64,000 nucleotides of DNA from Octopus bimaculoides (Eukaryota). Each line of letters begins with the position of its first letter. The first letter of the stretch is position 1. Below are positions 39,011 through 52,640 of this stretch, piece by piece. Under the pieces are notes generated by a model, which worked only from the letters and a program-made list of their open reading frames with translations, searched no databases and was not told the DNA's origin. The position numbers and the translations under genes were made by a program. The stretch spans positions 72,327,378 through 72,391,377 of the forward strand of contig NC_068981.1 in assembly GCF_001194135.2 (NCBI RefSeq), given 5' to 3'.

Positions 39011-40101
39011 TGGGCTGTCAGATAAACTCGTTTCTTCTCACTCCTCATTTCTTTTAATCCTTATTTTTCACCATCAATTTTAACAAATCAGTCAATAATA
39101 TATTCTTCATTGTTCACCACTTGATGCCAACGTTCCACCAACTTGTCAATGCCGTGGCGGAAGGAATCACCGGGTCATGACTCGAAGAATTCATTGAGCC
39201 ACGTTATCAGTGGGTGTAGTAGAACTTCACAAACAAGCTTCTGAATAATATGTATGGTCCAATCAGCAGCTTTGGGGCGGGCGTTGTCGTGCTGAAGAAG
39301 CACACTGAATCACCGGTCGAGTCGTTTCAACTGGATTGCCTCGTTCAGCCGGCGCATTTATTGAACGTAAAGCTCTTTATTGACCTTGTGGTTTTTTCAT
39401 AGTGGATTAACCTTTCCTATTCCCACCAAACAGAGAAGATTGTATTACGTGGATGCAATCCAGAATTGGCTCGAGGTGTTGTTTGCTTGATGAAACTCAG
39501 CCACTCTTTCTTCTGCTTCATATTGGACCTAATGACACTATTTTTAATCGCCGGTGACAACGCTCTAAAGAAAACTGGTGTCGGGCGAGCAAGCTGGAGG
39601 CAATAGAGAAGCGCTGGAGGTTATCTCTTTCGTTCAGAATACGTGGCACTCATGCATCAAATTGTTTTTACCTTACCCATGGAGTGAAAATGCCGGGCGA
39701 CAGTATCATGAGGGTATTCTGTTTTCTAGGCCGATTTCCTTGCGGATCAGTGTGAATCCTCGTGGTTGAGCTCGTTCAGTTGATCTTCATTGGATTGAAT
39801 AAGTTGACCGGAACGCAGAGAGTCTGTGAGGATAAAGTTCTTTTCCGTGGAGCGTTAAAACCATTTGCGTGCAGTTCCTTCAGTAATAGCGGCTTCCCCC
39901 ACACAGTACAGATGCCTCGAGAAAGCAAAGAGAAGCAGGTGTTAAAAATGGTTATTTTTTTTTCGTCTTGGCACTCCATCGTCATATATTTTAAAATGGT
40001 AAAATGTATCTAAATTTCAAAAACGATAATCAGAAGTTGTAGAGGAAGACTAGAACTAAAAAAAAATAACAAAACGAAACCAAAACAAAGACAAAACGAA
40101 A

Positions 40102-40134
<33 letters not shown>

Positions 40135-40218
40135 CCGAAACAAAAACACACAAAAATATTTTTCGTGTTACTTCAAATAACGTTGGAAAGAAATGGACAA
40201 ATTTATCTTACAGCCCAA
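39011..40218 (-). mobile_element. Near full-length but inactive mariner element with both TIRs
   Basis: TIRs TGGGCTGTCAGATAAA (39011) and TTTATCTTACAGCCCAA (ends 40218, then TA). Transposase runs from ATG 39979 (MECQDEK..HLLLFAF..ICTVWGEAAITEGTARKWF) to RHGIDKLVERWHQVVNNEEYIID* at 39088, with stops, frameshifts and deletions. Confidence 0.85.
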
Positions 40219-40439
40219 TAGATAAATCACATTAAGTGGTAATAAAATCAAAACAGTACAAGATGGAGAGTGTTAAGGGGAAGAGAATTACCATTGAAAG
40301 ATGGTAGTGAGAGATTTAATTCTCCCGGTGCTGTCTTTCCAATCAGCCCGTTCCGTGGAAAAGACAAGAGTTTTCACAGAGAGGATGAAAGCTTGGCGGC
40401 TTCAAAGAGGTTCTTACATTCTCTCGATTTCCTGTAATC

Positions 40440-40790
40440 CAGACGGTCCCACGGTCCCAACAAGTAAAATGGAAAAGGTGTTGCCCTGGAGGACGGCGAG
40501 GGAGATGCAATGGAACAGCCCCTCTGACTCACAGGGTTCGCACTTGCGGATACCTATCTCCGTCCCGATTGTGGTGAGGAGTGATACAGTCCAGGGCCCG
40601 AGAAATCGCAGGTCTCCGCTGTCACAGGCTTGACCATAAACCTGTCAGAGAGCGACCGATACTTGGACAGGTTACTTTTCTCGGCTTCATAAGCAGCGGA
40701 GATGAACACACCAAATTGCCGCTGGAGAAGGTGTCACAACATGCGACATCCCTGACAGCTTTTTCACTTAGTCTGGCTTAGTAAGCCGTA
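40440..40790 (-). mobile_element. CRE-clade non-LTR retrotransposon, restriction-like endonuclease (RLE) C-terminus
   Basis: DVACCDTF...AAYEAEKSNLSKYRSLSDRFMVKPVTAET...LFHCISLAVLQGN matches the recalled CRE pattern WDVTCxDT..AExxKxxKY..L...F.PVAxET..LFQRLxIAVxRGN. Confidence 0.75.
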
Positions 40791-41169
40791 AAGCGAAATT
40801 CAGTAACCTACTCAAAACGATTACTATGATAAATTTAACTCAACTTTTGGTCTTGAAAGTCCCCGTTTGTAAAAATTCTTTTGGCTATTCTAATACTTGC
40901 TTTAAGTTAATAACCCATATTTAACACACACACACATACGCGAGAGAGAATAAGTACAGGAATTTCGACAAGTCAAATAATGTTGAACAGAAAGACGAGG
41001 TCTCTACGCTAAAATTACTTTCAATAAAAGTGGAATGTTCATGTATCCAACAACCAGCTGAGTCAATAAAGTGTCTGTGTTAGGTTGCATTTTTATGGGC
41101 ATCTAAAAACAAAGGAGAGAAGATATGATACATACTGAGACCGACACGTACTTGACTGTGAGTGATGGC

Positions 41170-41272
41170 TGTGTATGTATGTATGTATGTATATATATAT
41201 GTATATATACATACATATATACATACTTATATGTATGTATATGTTTGTATGTATGTATGAGAGAAATATTTC

Positions 41273-41351
<79 letters not shown>

Positions 41352-41743
41352 NNNNNNNNNNNNNNNNNNNNNNNNNNNNNNNNNNNNNNNNNNNNNNNNN
41401 NNNNNNNNNNNNATAATATATATATATATATATATACACACACATTTTTAGCTGCTATTTCTGAACTTCGGTATGTGGTGAAGCAACTTGTTTGCTGATC
41501 CCTTAATTTTGTTTATAAATGTATAAGAACTTTTAAATAAGTTCCACACCGATAATGGTGCTTACATACCGAAGGGCTTGGTAAAAATTATTAATTATTA
41601 ATTTATTAATAAATTGATAATCCTTTACCCTTTTAATTGTAATAATTAATTAAATATATATATATATATATATAAATACATATACATATCTACATATAGA
41701 TACATATGTGTGTGTGTGCGCGCGCACGCACGCACGCACACGC

Positions 41744-41779
<36 letters not shown>

Positions 41780-42497
41780 TGCGCAAGCCCAAAACTAAAC
41801 AAATTTTTTTTCTGAAAAGAACAATTTCTTCTTTTAAAAATTGTGTTGCTTACAGCTTAAACAGTTCTTTAAAAATTCCCAATACTATTCAAATGATAAT
41901 AATTTAATTCTGCATACATAAACAACTATCTAGATGTATATAACGAAGAACTAAAAATTTCACGTACAGACAGAAAAAAAAATGAACGAAAGGTGAATAT
42001 AAAAATAAAAGAAAAGGGTTTATTAAGGATAGTTTGTATATTCTCATTATTATCTACATTAATATCTTTAAAAATATGAATTTTTTAGGATTTTTGTCTC
42101 CAATTTATTAGCTGAGTGTAACTGAAAATATTTTTGCATTTTTGACTTTTATATTTTGCCGTTGTATTTTTTTTCTTGGCTTTTTTGTATGCTTGTCAAC
42201 TAAGGAGGACATTTTGCTCACAAACACTTAATCATGCGCAGACATCCAGTAGTTAACTCGCATCCTAATGTCTACATTCATGCAATGTTTATGCTGGAAG
42301 GCTTAACTGAAACTACAGGGGAGAAACTGATTTGAATTTCTAAGGAAAATTGCTTACATTGTTTTAGGTTAGGTGAAAATAATTCCGTGAATCATCCGGT
42401 GTCACCGCATATACATACATACATACATACATGCATGCATACAAACGTATGTACATATGTATGTATGTATGTATGAACGTATGTGTGTACACGTGAG

Positions 42498-42528
<31 letters not shown>

Positions 42529-43312
42529 GCATGTATGTATGTGTATATTTATGTATATATATATGTGTGTATATTTGTGTGTGTACATATATGTATATGT
42601 ATGTGTATATATTTATGTGTGTGTGTAGAGGGCGCATGATCTAGTGTTTAGGGTTCTACTCGAGAGCTCGTGGTTTCAATTCCAGGACAGGGTGGTGTGT
42701 TGTGTTCTTGAGCAAAGCACCTCATCTCAATTACCTAAACACTTGACGTCTGGTATACCATGCACCTGATCAGGCAACATCAATTTGATGGAAAGAGCGA
42801 GCTAATGTACAGCACCATGAATAAATCATTTGTGCAGGATGCTCAGCAAGAAATTGCAGAACGATCTTCCTTGGACTACAAGAGACTATCATCACACACA
42901 CACACACACACACCGTCAGTAAATCATAAATCCGAAAGAGAAGCACACGCACTGAGATATAGAGCAGTTGAGTATTTAGAGAAAGATAGCTATGGCCAGT
43001 TCGTAGGTTTACCCAGAGTTTCGCGTCCATAAAGCACTGGGATTTACGTACTTCTCGTCAAAATCAGGATTAAGGTCTGACGAGACGTATGCAAAAACTA
43101 ATCGGTTTACGAACGCGAAATTCTGGGTAACCCTATAAACCGGCCATAATTATCTTTATCTAAATGTGTGGTAAGTAGCTTGCTTACCAACCACATGGTT
43201 CCAGGTTCAGTCCCACTGCGTGGCACCTTGGGCAAGTGTCTTCTACTATAGCCTTAGGCCAACCAAAGCCTTGTGAGTGAATTTGGTAGACGGAAACAGA
43301 AAGAAGCCCGTC

Positions 43313-43356
<44 letters not shown>

Positions 43357-44044
43357 NNNNNNNNNNNNNNNNNNNNNNNNNNNNNNNNNNNNNNNNNNNN
43401 NNNNNNNNNNNNNNNNNNNNNNNNNNNNNNNNNNNNNNNNNNNNNNNNNNNNNNNNNNNNNNNNNNNNNNNNNNNNNNNNNNNNNNNNNNNNNNNNNNNN
43501 NNNNNNNNNNNNNNNNNNNNNNNNNNNNNNNNNNNNNNNNNNNNNNNTGTGTGTGTGTGTGTGTATGTGTGTGTTTGTCCCCCACCCAACATCGCTTGAC
43601 AACCGATGCTGGTTCGGCAAAAAGAGACCGATAGAATAAGTACTAGGCTTACAAAGAATAAGTCCTGGGGTCGATTTTCTCTACTAAAGGCGGTGCTCCA
43701 GCATGGCCGCATCAAATGACTGAAACAAGTAAAAGAGTAAAGAGTAAAAGAGTATAACAATAATTCTAGGATGGAATTTATGAATATTTAATGCATCGCT
43801 ACGTGCGTTCCACAAATTACATGATTTTAACATCAGAGTCTGTATCCTTGGGATTAGTACAGTATAGTCCATATTATTCATGGGCGTCAGGTTGACCGTC
43901 ACCATTGAGTCATTTCATCAGGCGATACTGCATTAGTGGATGAATCATAGAGGGGTGTTTATCCCTTCTTGCAGTATAAAGACCAATCTAGCTCTCTCTC
44001 ACTCGCACACACACAAACATACATACACATATGTATATACATGG

Positions 44045-44099
<55 letters not shown>

Positions 44100-44310
44100 C
44101 ACATACATGTACATACACACACACATATTACATACAGTGGATACATGCACACAAATGCATGCAAACACACCCACCCACACATATATACATGCACACACAC
44201 ACACATGAATAGTATTGACTGAGGGGTTAGAACGTTGGATGGAATGACTCGAGATTAATTTTAGCTTCCATCTTATCCATCCATCTATCTATCTATCTAT
44301 CTATCTACGT
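41170..44310. repeat. Microsatellite-rich zone: (TATG)n, (CT)n, (TA)n, (CA)n, (CG/CA)n, (TATC)n, with an S2 SINE at 43165-43750
   Basis: Seen directly; includes two N gaps. Confidence 0.85.
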
Positions 44311-45195
44311 ACACACATACATATGTATATATATTCATACATAAAATCAGTGTATATGTATGTATAATCATATGTATGTGTGTGCTTACAAAGAAATATG
44401 TGTAAACAGTGAATATTTGATAGTAATATTTTCATGGTTTTAAACATGGGGTGGGGGCTGACATAATAAACAGTGTGAATAAAAATGTCTTAGAAGTAGA
44501 AAAGAGACAGATAAAGATGTTGGCATGAATGCAAAATAACTTGTTATCAGAGATAAGAGATTGACAGGAACAAAAGAGTGAGAAGTGCGGAGATAAACCC
44601 ACCTCCTACTAACAAAACAGAAAACTTTTATGTTTTAAGGCGGCGAGCTGGCAGAAACATTGACGCGACGTGCAAAATGCTTAACGGTATTTCGTCTGCC
44701 GCTACGTTCTGAGTTCGAATTCCGTCGAGGTCGACTTTGCCTTTCATCCTTTCGGGGTCAATTAAATAAGTACCAGTTACGCACTGGGGTCGATATAATC
44801 GACTTAATCCGTTTGTCTGTCCTTGTTTGTCCCCTCTGTGTGTAGCCCCTTGTGGGCAGTAAAGGAATAAGAAAACTTCTATCTCGCTTGCATTGATTAT
44901 GTTAATATCATTATCACTTCTGTAACCAACGCTACCACCATCATCGACTAAAAGTATCAGCCGAGTGTATCCCAAACCACACACTAACCTTTTTAAAAAG
45001 GAAAAATACTTGATGATGTAGCTTTAGTTGGTCATTAGTGGACGGCTTTCGATCACAGGTGTACTTGATCAGATCTGAACTATAAGTACCATCGCATTCT
45101 ATATCATTATGGCATCAGCTATTACCACGATATTAACCAGCAAACCCTTCCCATCATTTCCTTAATTTCTTCAGCATTATCAGTCTGCTTCAGAT

Positions 45196-45277
45196 ATATA
45201 GACTATATGTATTTTTATATATTTTTATATAGACTATATGTATTTTTATATATTTTTATATAGACTATATGTATTTT
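45196..45277 (+). repeat. 31-bp minisatellite, about 2.7 copies
   Basis: Unit atatagactatatgtatttttatatattttt. Confidence 0.85.
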
Positions 45278-46399
45278 CTATATGGCAGACTTGATTAAGA
45301 ATTTATTTATATTAATCTATTTTCGTTCTAATTCTGACATTAATTAAAATCTTAAGACGTGCTCCTGAGAAGGTAGCTACGAAATAGGTTGAAATAAGTA
45401 TCCAACATTATCATTACCATCGTTTTATGTTGGCATTTAAAAACTATTTTGTAGTGCATCAGCTTGCTTTCCCAGGATATGTTCATTGTTCAACACTAGT
45501 CTCCATATAACTCATATAACAGTAAGATTACCCACTAAATTTATTACTATTTATTTTTCTTTCCCATTCTGATTTGCCCTACAAATGAAGTATGAACAAT
45601 AACGAGCTCATACTATATACTTTTTCTCTCTCCCCTTCTCCTTTTATAACGTTGATAATTTAATTTAATATAATGCAAGGTTTAATGAACCCTAGATTGC
45701 TGACCAAATCGCACTGATGAGATCCATCTAGATCGAAATAGCAACTATATAGGGATGTTAAGGATTCTATAATTAAATAAAATAAAATACAATTTGATAA
45801 AAGTGCATAAAAACACTGTGTTTCTTTTACTTTAATTACAGATATAAATATTTTGTTATATGGATGCATTTTATTATTATTACACTAGTGCATGCTAATT
45901 TAGTTTGCAGATATTTTATCTTGAGGTTTGGCGACTTGGCATCAAGTGCCATGGATTTGCAGAATTGTTGGAACGTAGGAAATATGTTCTGCAGCATTTG
46001 TTCCAGCTCTTTATGTTCTTTGCTTAAATCTCACCAGGGTCAACTTTGCCTTTCTTTCCAGGTAGATAAAATAAGAACCAGAGAGGTGCTGGGGTCGATG
46101 TAATCGACTAAATCCCGTCCACCTAAATTGCTGACCTCTTGCTTAAATTATAAATGACTATTATTATCAAGGCGGAAAGATAGCAGAATCATTAAGGCGT
46201 CGAGAAAAAAATGCTTGCAGTATGTCTTCTGAAACTTTGCATTCTGAATTCATAGCCCTCCGAGGTCAACTTTGTCTTTCATCCCTTCGGGGTCGATAAC
46301 ATACATGCCAGTTAAATGCTAACGTTGATGGTAGTCACTAATACCTTTCCTATTCAAAATTGCTGTACATTTTTTGACTCGGAGTACAATTGAGTCTCC

Positions 46400-48150
46400 G
46401 AACGTTTTGTGCTTCAGTTATTGGTTTTGTTTCACTTACATACACAGTATTTTGCTTGTATTAGTTTTAGGATCCTTATACTTTGGCAGTTTCTTTGATT
46501 TTCTTCTGGATAATTTCGATCAGAAGGGATCGATACGTCTATCATAGTACATACTCTTTCGTTCTTGTTCTTAATACTTATGTCTCGATTGTTTACTTTG
46601 ATTTCATTCTGAATTTGGACAGGCATCGCAGATAATTCATGTCAAGCCATTATCATGTACTATATGTGGTACGCGCCTATATCACTTATTCATTTTCACA
46701 TTGAAGTGTCGGCATACTCCTAGTGTCGTGTCAGTGAATATGCTTGGATTTGGCAATGATAGGGCAACCTGAAATAACGAGTTTCAATGTCTCCTTTTTG
46801 GATTGTTTAGTCTCTTTCATTAGTTAGTTTTTCTTGTAATTGGTATCTAAGTATTGATCTTATGCAACTAAAATCAAATATTCCTTTTCTATTTTGGGGC
46901 CAGAACATTTGAACCATTGTTGGCTGCCACTCTGGCGCACATCCTCTCTATAGAGACTGGCAGATATTAGTCACAGAATAGTTTTTTCTCCATTTCTCTT
47001 CAGTATAACTTGGAATTTCATTTCATTTTGTCTTTTGTTTGTATTAGCCTTTTTCTATTGTTTACTCTTTATTTAGATCTTTTTCCTTCTGTGTATTTAG
47101 TTTCTGACTTGTACTCTTTTGTTTTCCTATACAAAAAGAAAGATTTTTTCTTTTTCTTTTATTACACCAATGAGTTTCTCGTTGCTTACTTTAAAGTGTT
47201 TTTTTTTTAGTTGTTATTTTATATTATCTTTTGTCCTATTTGTATTCGACTCTTTTCTTCCTTCCTGCAGGGTGGATTAGGTATGTTCCATCAATACAAC
47301 ATACTATCAATGAAAGGGTTGTGCCTTCAGAAGCTTGTTTATAACTTAATGGTTTTATGTTTTAGTTCTTCGATATATCTAACTTCTAATTTATTATTTT
47401 GTAGCTGTAGAGAATAATTTGGATGGCTATTGTATTTATTTTTATTGTCTAATTTCTAGAACTTAGTTTTGTTTTTAACATTGTCTGATTCTTTTGTCGC
47501 ACGCTTTTCTTCTTCAATTATGTGTGTTGTATTCCTATCAGTTTCATCTATTCCTAAATATTTGTGTTGGTTTCATGGTTTATTTATCTGTTAATAGTGT
47601 CTAGATGTAATACGATGTACTCAATTTTACCGAATTTATCTCTTTCTATAATAGCTTTGGCACATATGTCTAGACCTAAACTATTTTGTATACCTCGTCT
47701 GAATTCACGAACAATTTTAGTAGGTTCTCTATGTATTTTTAAATATCAACTATATAGAAGAGTTTATAATCTAATCCCTCTATAACATTAATGCACTTAT
47801 AACTCGTAATTGTTTCATTAAATTAAAGATGAAGAGCCTTCTTGAAAGTTTCCTCTTCTTACGTAATTAACATTTTGTAATTAACTTTGTTTTTCATGAC
47901 AGTATGATGTATCGTGTCAGCAATGGAACTGTTTCATTGATATCGAATATTTCCTGTTTCTAGGTTTATTGTATACTATTAAGTTGTTATTATTCATTAA
48001 CGTTCTTTCTTTCTTTTTTTTTTTCATCATTTTCACGCTAGTCTTTATAGCATCACCAAGTGAACTTCCGTATTCCTGAGATATTCACATTATTGTCTTT
48101 TGTAAAATTGGTGTTTGTATGTTTCATCGATATTGTTTCATGAGGAATTT
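46400..48150 (-). mobile_element. R4/Dong-clade non-LTR retrotransposon relic (RT C-terminus through RLE)
   Basis: LLKIVREFRRGIQNSLGLDICAKA...KYLGIDE resembles MEFGLDKCAK..YKYLGI, and NNRDISIKNKNERVCTMIDVSIPSDRN resembles the RLE NRPDI..C..IDVAIPSDRN. Many stops. Confidence 0.75.
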
Positions 48151-51052
48151 GTTTCGTTGTTTCTTGTGATACTTTAGTGTTTCGTCTTTACGCTGAGTAG
48201 GATATATGTAGTTTGAATTGTGTTAACTTGTTGGACGCTGACTGCATAGCATTTGTGTCGTGTGGGTTGCGCGAGTCGTGTTATATTGTTTGTTGGCAAT
48301 TTTGTATTACATGAGTTGCGAGAATTGTTGGTAGTGTATGGGCTGTGTTGTTAGTATCAGAAATTGTAGATTATGTAAGAAGATTTAACTAAACTGAGAG
48401 ATAAATGAAAATAAAAAAAAAGGTAGAAAAAAGTAAGAGCTACAACTGCATCCTCGAAGAAGTTTCAACAGTAACAACAGCAAGATGCATACAAATACAA
48501 ACAAGCAAAAACAAGCACAAACATACACAGATATAGTTTTGGCACTCTCTGATTCCCTACATGAACAGAATGGTGAGGGTTACGATGAAGAGAAGGAAAA
48601 AATAATAGCAGATAGAGAGGTTATCAAAGAAGACGAAGGATGGAACATGAGGAAATTTCAAGCCCCGAATATCTAGATGCTTGAAGACTCACAAAATTCA
48701 AAAGAACGTAACGGAACAAGCTAGTTAGACGACTGGCCAACAAGATAAACAACAACAGTAACAATATTAGCAGCAAGAAAAGGATGCAAAATAAAAAGAA
48801 ATCCATTAAAACGACACCAACAAGTGTAGAAACAATAATTGTAACGACTACTACAACAGCAGCAGTAGATAACAAAACTAAAATGTATAACATCATCTAC
48901 AACAACAGTAATAATATCCGCAAACACCTCCACTCACTTTCTTTGTTACTGGGATGGACAACAGAGAATTAACAGTGTTCGTCTATGACACAGACATAGT
49001 AACACATGAAGGATCAATAAATGAATTCTCCCCACCCAAAGATCAAAGTAGTGAGATTTCTTGTGCCAAGCGGCGAGCTGGCAGAAACGTTAGCACGTTG
49101 GGCGAAATGCCAAGCGGTATTTCGTCTGCTGTTACATCCTGAGTTCAAATTCTGCCGAGGTCGACTTTGCCTTTCATCATTTCGGAGTCGATTAAATAAG
49201 TACCAGTTAATCACTGGAGTCAATGTAATTGACTTAATCCCTTTGTCTGTCATTGTTTGTCCCCTCTATGTTTAGCCGCCTGTGGGCAATAAGGAAATAA
49301 ATATTAGAAATCCTACCTTCTTTAAAGTAACAGTCGTAAAGTCCCAGATCACCAACAATTAATAACAAGGCAGATGAATCGTTAACCAGTAAGTTGCACT
49401 TAAGGATGATATGTGTACGGAACTAGCCTGAAGTTGGTGTGAAAGCAAAAACATCCGCTGAACAATCTCTAGTCACTAAGGCTTGTTGAGGGCAACCATC
49501 AGAGGTATTCAGATTTCCAAAATACATGTGCTCGTTCCCCTCCTGGCCAACATTTATGTTAATGCAAAAGTGGTTCTATATAAGTGATCAACTCGGTTCG
49601 AGTAGCGCAGCAGCATTATTGTGGAAAGACCTCGATCAAGATGTAAACAATCTTCCTCGACGATAGTGAAGTCGGTTGCCCTGGAGGTGAGAAGTAGCAA
49701 AGTCAGTAGTGCTTTTAGACTATTTGGCTGTTTATGTACCATAGGGAGCAGGACGGTCAGTTTATCATATACCTAGGGATATTCCTACTAGCATCTAGCG
49801 ACTGAAATAGTGCAAGTGTATTTAATAGAGTAATGGGTTGTAAATGCCTGAAAACTTTCCAAAAAGACCCAACCGTCGATAACAATCACCTGATTTCTTT
49901 TTAGTCTGTCGGTGTGGACTTGGATAAACTGCAGCAGGTTATTCCAGGTGGTGCATAGCGTTTTCATTAATTTAAGTGTTATGAATAGAACTCAGGCGAG
50001 CTGGCTACTCATATCACATGTTTGTCAAGTGTAAAGTCAAATTAGAGAAGCTTAAAATACAGAGATCCAGGTGCTGGAAGTTGAATTCACCTTTCCCAGT
50101 CTAGTAGTTGTTCAGGAACCTGCTTATGAAATCAGTTTAGCGGTGATTGACGGGTGCAGTAATTAATAACAGGTCGTGGTTCTCAAGAAGAAGGAACGAC
50201 AGAGCAGAATATGTTAGTTTTAACAAATATAACAATATAGAAGAGGAGAACAGAACGTGATAGCGGCAAAATAACCAGTGACCAATTCCTTAACGCGAAG
50301 CGCAAAAATGCGTTGTTCGTACAAGAGCAGATACTCTGAAACACGAGCGAGCTAAAACTGTTCAATACACAGAATGCAGAGGTGTAGGAACAGAGCTACA
50401 GCTCAGTATTTGGCGAACTGCAAAGCGTGTTACCTGACTCCAAGCAGATACTTTCAGCAGTTCTTTGCCGAACAACAGTCACGAGACGAAGTGTTTTCAA
50501 TGTCTTCCTCGGAAGACACTAAATACTATGAAGTGCCCACTTAAATAGCTGTAGCAGCGGATATATTAATCATTTGTGTGAAGAAGATATTGTCGGGACT
50601 GGTGGTCTGCCTTGCTAACAGTATTGTAACATGTCATATTTGTTCGCTGTTGTTTTGGAAGAGGTCTGCATAACTGGTAACAGAATAGAAGTATTCCTAA
50701 TCACATAATCTGAGGAGTGGTGACTTTAGTAAACACACAGCTAAAGCTTTTGACAAAAATGTTTGCCAAAAAGCTGAGGCTTGTCTTCAGAGGTCTAATC
50801 AGGAACGCACATGTCTGCAGTTAGTAAAAAAATACCAAAACCACCACTACCGCTGTCGTCGTTCGTTATCATCGTCGTCGTCATTGTCGTCATCATCATC
50901 ACCATTCTTTTAACTCAGGTTTTGTTGGAGCTCCTGGAATCTTGTATGAGTAGCGAGCTCGCTATCTGCAACTTACGGTACCATCTATTTGTTCTTTTCG
51001 ACTGTGTTCGCTTCTGATCCAACACTCAATTACAATTCGGTTCGCCTCCTTG

Positions 51053-51150
51053 TATAGTAATCCCTCGACTATCGCGGGTGTTACGTTCCATCATCACCCC
51101 ACCCCCGCGATAGGTGAAAATCTGTGAAGTAGAAACAGTACTGTACATAT
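51053..51150 (+). mobile_element. Tigger/pogo-type MITE terminal fragment
   Basis: ta-tagtaatccctcgactatcgcgggtgttacgttcc...cccccgcgataggtgaaaatc. Confidence 0.55.
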
Positions 51151-51152
51151 AG

Positions 51153-51400
51153 TTGTATATTTAAGAGATGAGGAATTATGTACATAATTTACATTCGACG
51201 GATATTTGTCTTCATCTTGTTTTTTGTTAACACAACGTTTCGGCTGATATACCCTCCGGCCTTCATCAGTTGTCTTGGGGAAATTTCGAACCTGGGTTCT
51301 CATTCCTTAGGTATTTTTCGATGTTATTACTATTATTGTTGTTGTTATTATTATTATTATTCAGGTCACTACCTGGAATCGAACTCGGAATCTTGGGGTT
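51153..51400 (-). mobile_element. tRNA-headed repeat with (AAT)n spacer and Penelope-like tail containing a hammerhead-like motif
   Basis: Minus strand reads gagttcgattccagg (B box), then (AAT)n, then ...gacaaCTGATGAaggc...gccGAAAcgttgtgtt. Confidence 0.6.
51229..51274 (-). ncRNA. Minimal type I hammerhead-ribozyme-like motif
   Basis: CUGAUGA and GAAA cores, stem II GGC/GCC, palindromic ACGU stem III, and stem I gacaa/gtgtt with a mismatch at the first pair. Confidence 0.45.
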
Positions 51401-52149
51401 GATTTTTGAGTTTGAGAAGTCCCTGGATGATGACCAGGCCTGCGCTGTTCAACCAGAGGGCACCTGCCGAGCGGAAACCCTTCACTGTTGCTTCCAGCCT
51501 CATTGATACGTGTATTGGATAGTTTCCCTCAATATTGAGGTTTGTGTATTATGGTTAGCCACTAACCAGTATTTTAAGTCGAGATAGAGACACCATCTCT
51601 GGAAAGACTGTGAAATATATGGAACGCTTCATGAATTTGCGTGCGCCAGATTCAGCGATATTTAGTCTGGCTTTACGTTCTGAACCCAAATGTCACGGAG
51701 GTCGACTTTGCCTTTCATCTTTTCGCAGTTGATAAAAAAAAAAAATACTATACTGGGGGTCGAGGTAATCAACTTAGTCCCACTCCCTAAGAATTTCTGG
51801 CTATGTGCTAAGATTTAAAAAGACAGCGAGCTGGCAGAATCATCAGCATGCCGGACAAAATGCTTGGCGGTATTTCTTCCAGTTTTGCATTCTGAGTTCA
51901 AATTCCTCTGAGATCAACTTTGTCGTTCGTTCTTTCGGGCTCAATATTAAGGCAGTGAGCAGACAGACCCATTACTGTGTCGGACAAAATGCTTTACAAA
52001 ATTTCTTCCGGATCTTTACGTTCCGAGTTCAAATATTGCTGAAGTCAACTTTATCTTTCAATCTTTCTGGATCGATAAAATAAATACCAGTTGAGCTCTG
52101 GTGTCGTTGTAATCGACTAACCCCTCATCAAAATTTCTAACCTTGTGCC

Positions 52150-52640
52150 AAAGAATTCTTCTTCTTCTTGAGTGAAAGAGCCGTGCATGTCATCATAGTG
52201 ACATTGGGGTAAAATGTACGAAGCCCAGTATACCCATCATGATTACCCGTCTGACAAGGGTACACTAGACATCTGAACCACAACCATATGTGCGTGACAT
52301 GGTGGTCTTATATGCAGATAAACAACATTTGACCTTGCAGGTGGGACCCAGTATGACATTTTCTTCGGGTCGAATAGCCCATCCCGCCCAAAAGGTCCCT
52401 GAATAAGGTTTGTTTAAGGATGATGAACAAAACAAACACGTTTCCAGAGGTAAATTATTCAAACCCCAAAGAATTCCTCTTAACACATGGCTATGATGTT
52501 CCCCCACTACTTTTGCTCGTGATCAGAGACGCACATATTGTCAGCCACTAGGGGACATGCTCAACTGGTTAAGGTCAAACAACTGATAAGCAAATCTGTG
52601 GTATGGAGCAAAATATTTGCTGTAGCCACTGCCTGGTACT
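52150..52640. repeat. Interspersed repeat of unassigned class
   Basis: Recalled as a common octopus repeat; only one copy is in this window. Confidence 0.4.

Noticed and set aside
45364-45395. Second hammerhead-like string CTGAGAAG-gtagctac-GAAA
   Set aside because: The core does not fit CUGANGA and no stem III or NUH is present; at most a decayed Penelope-type remnant.
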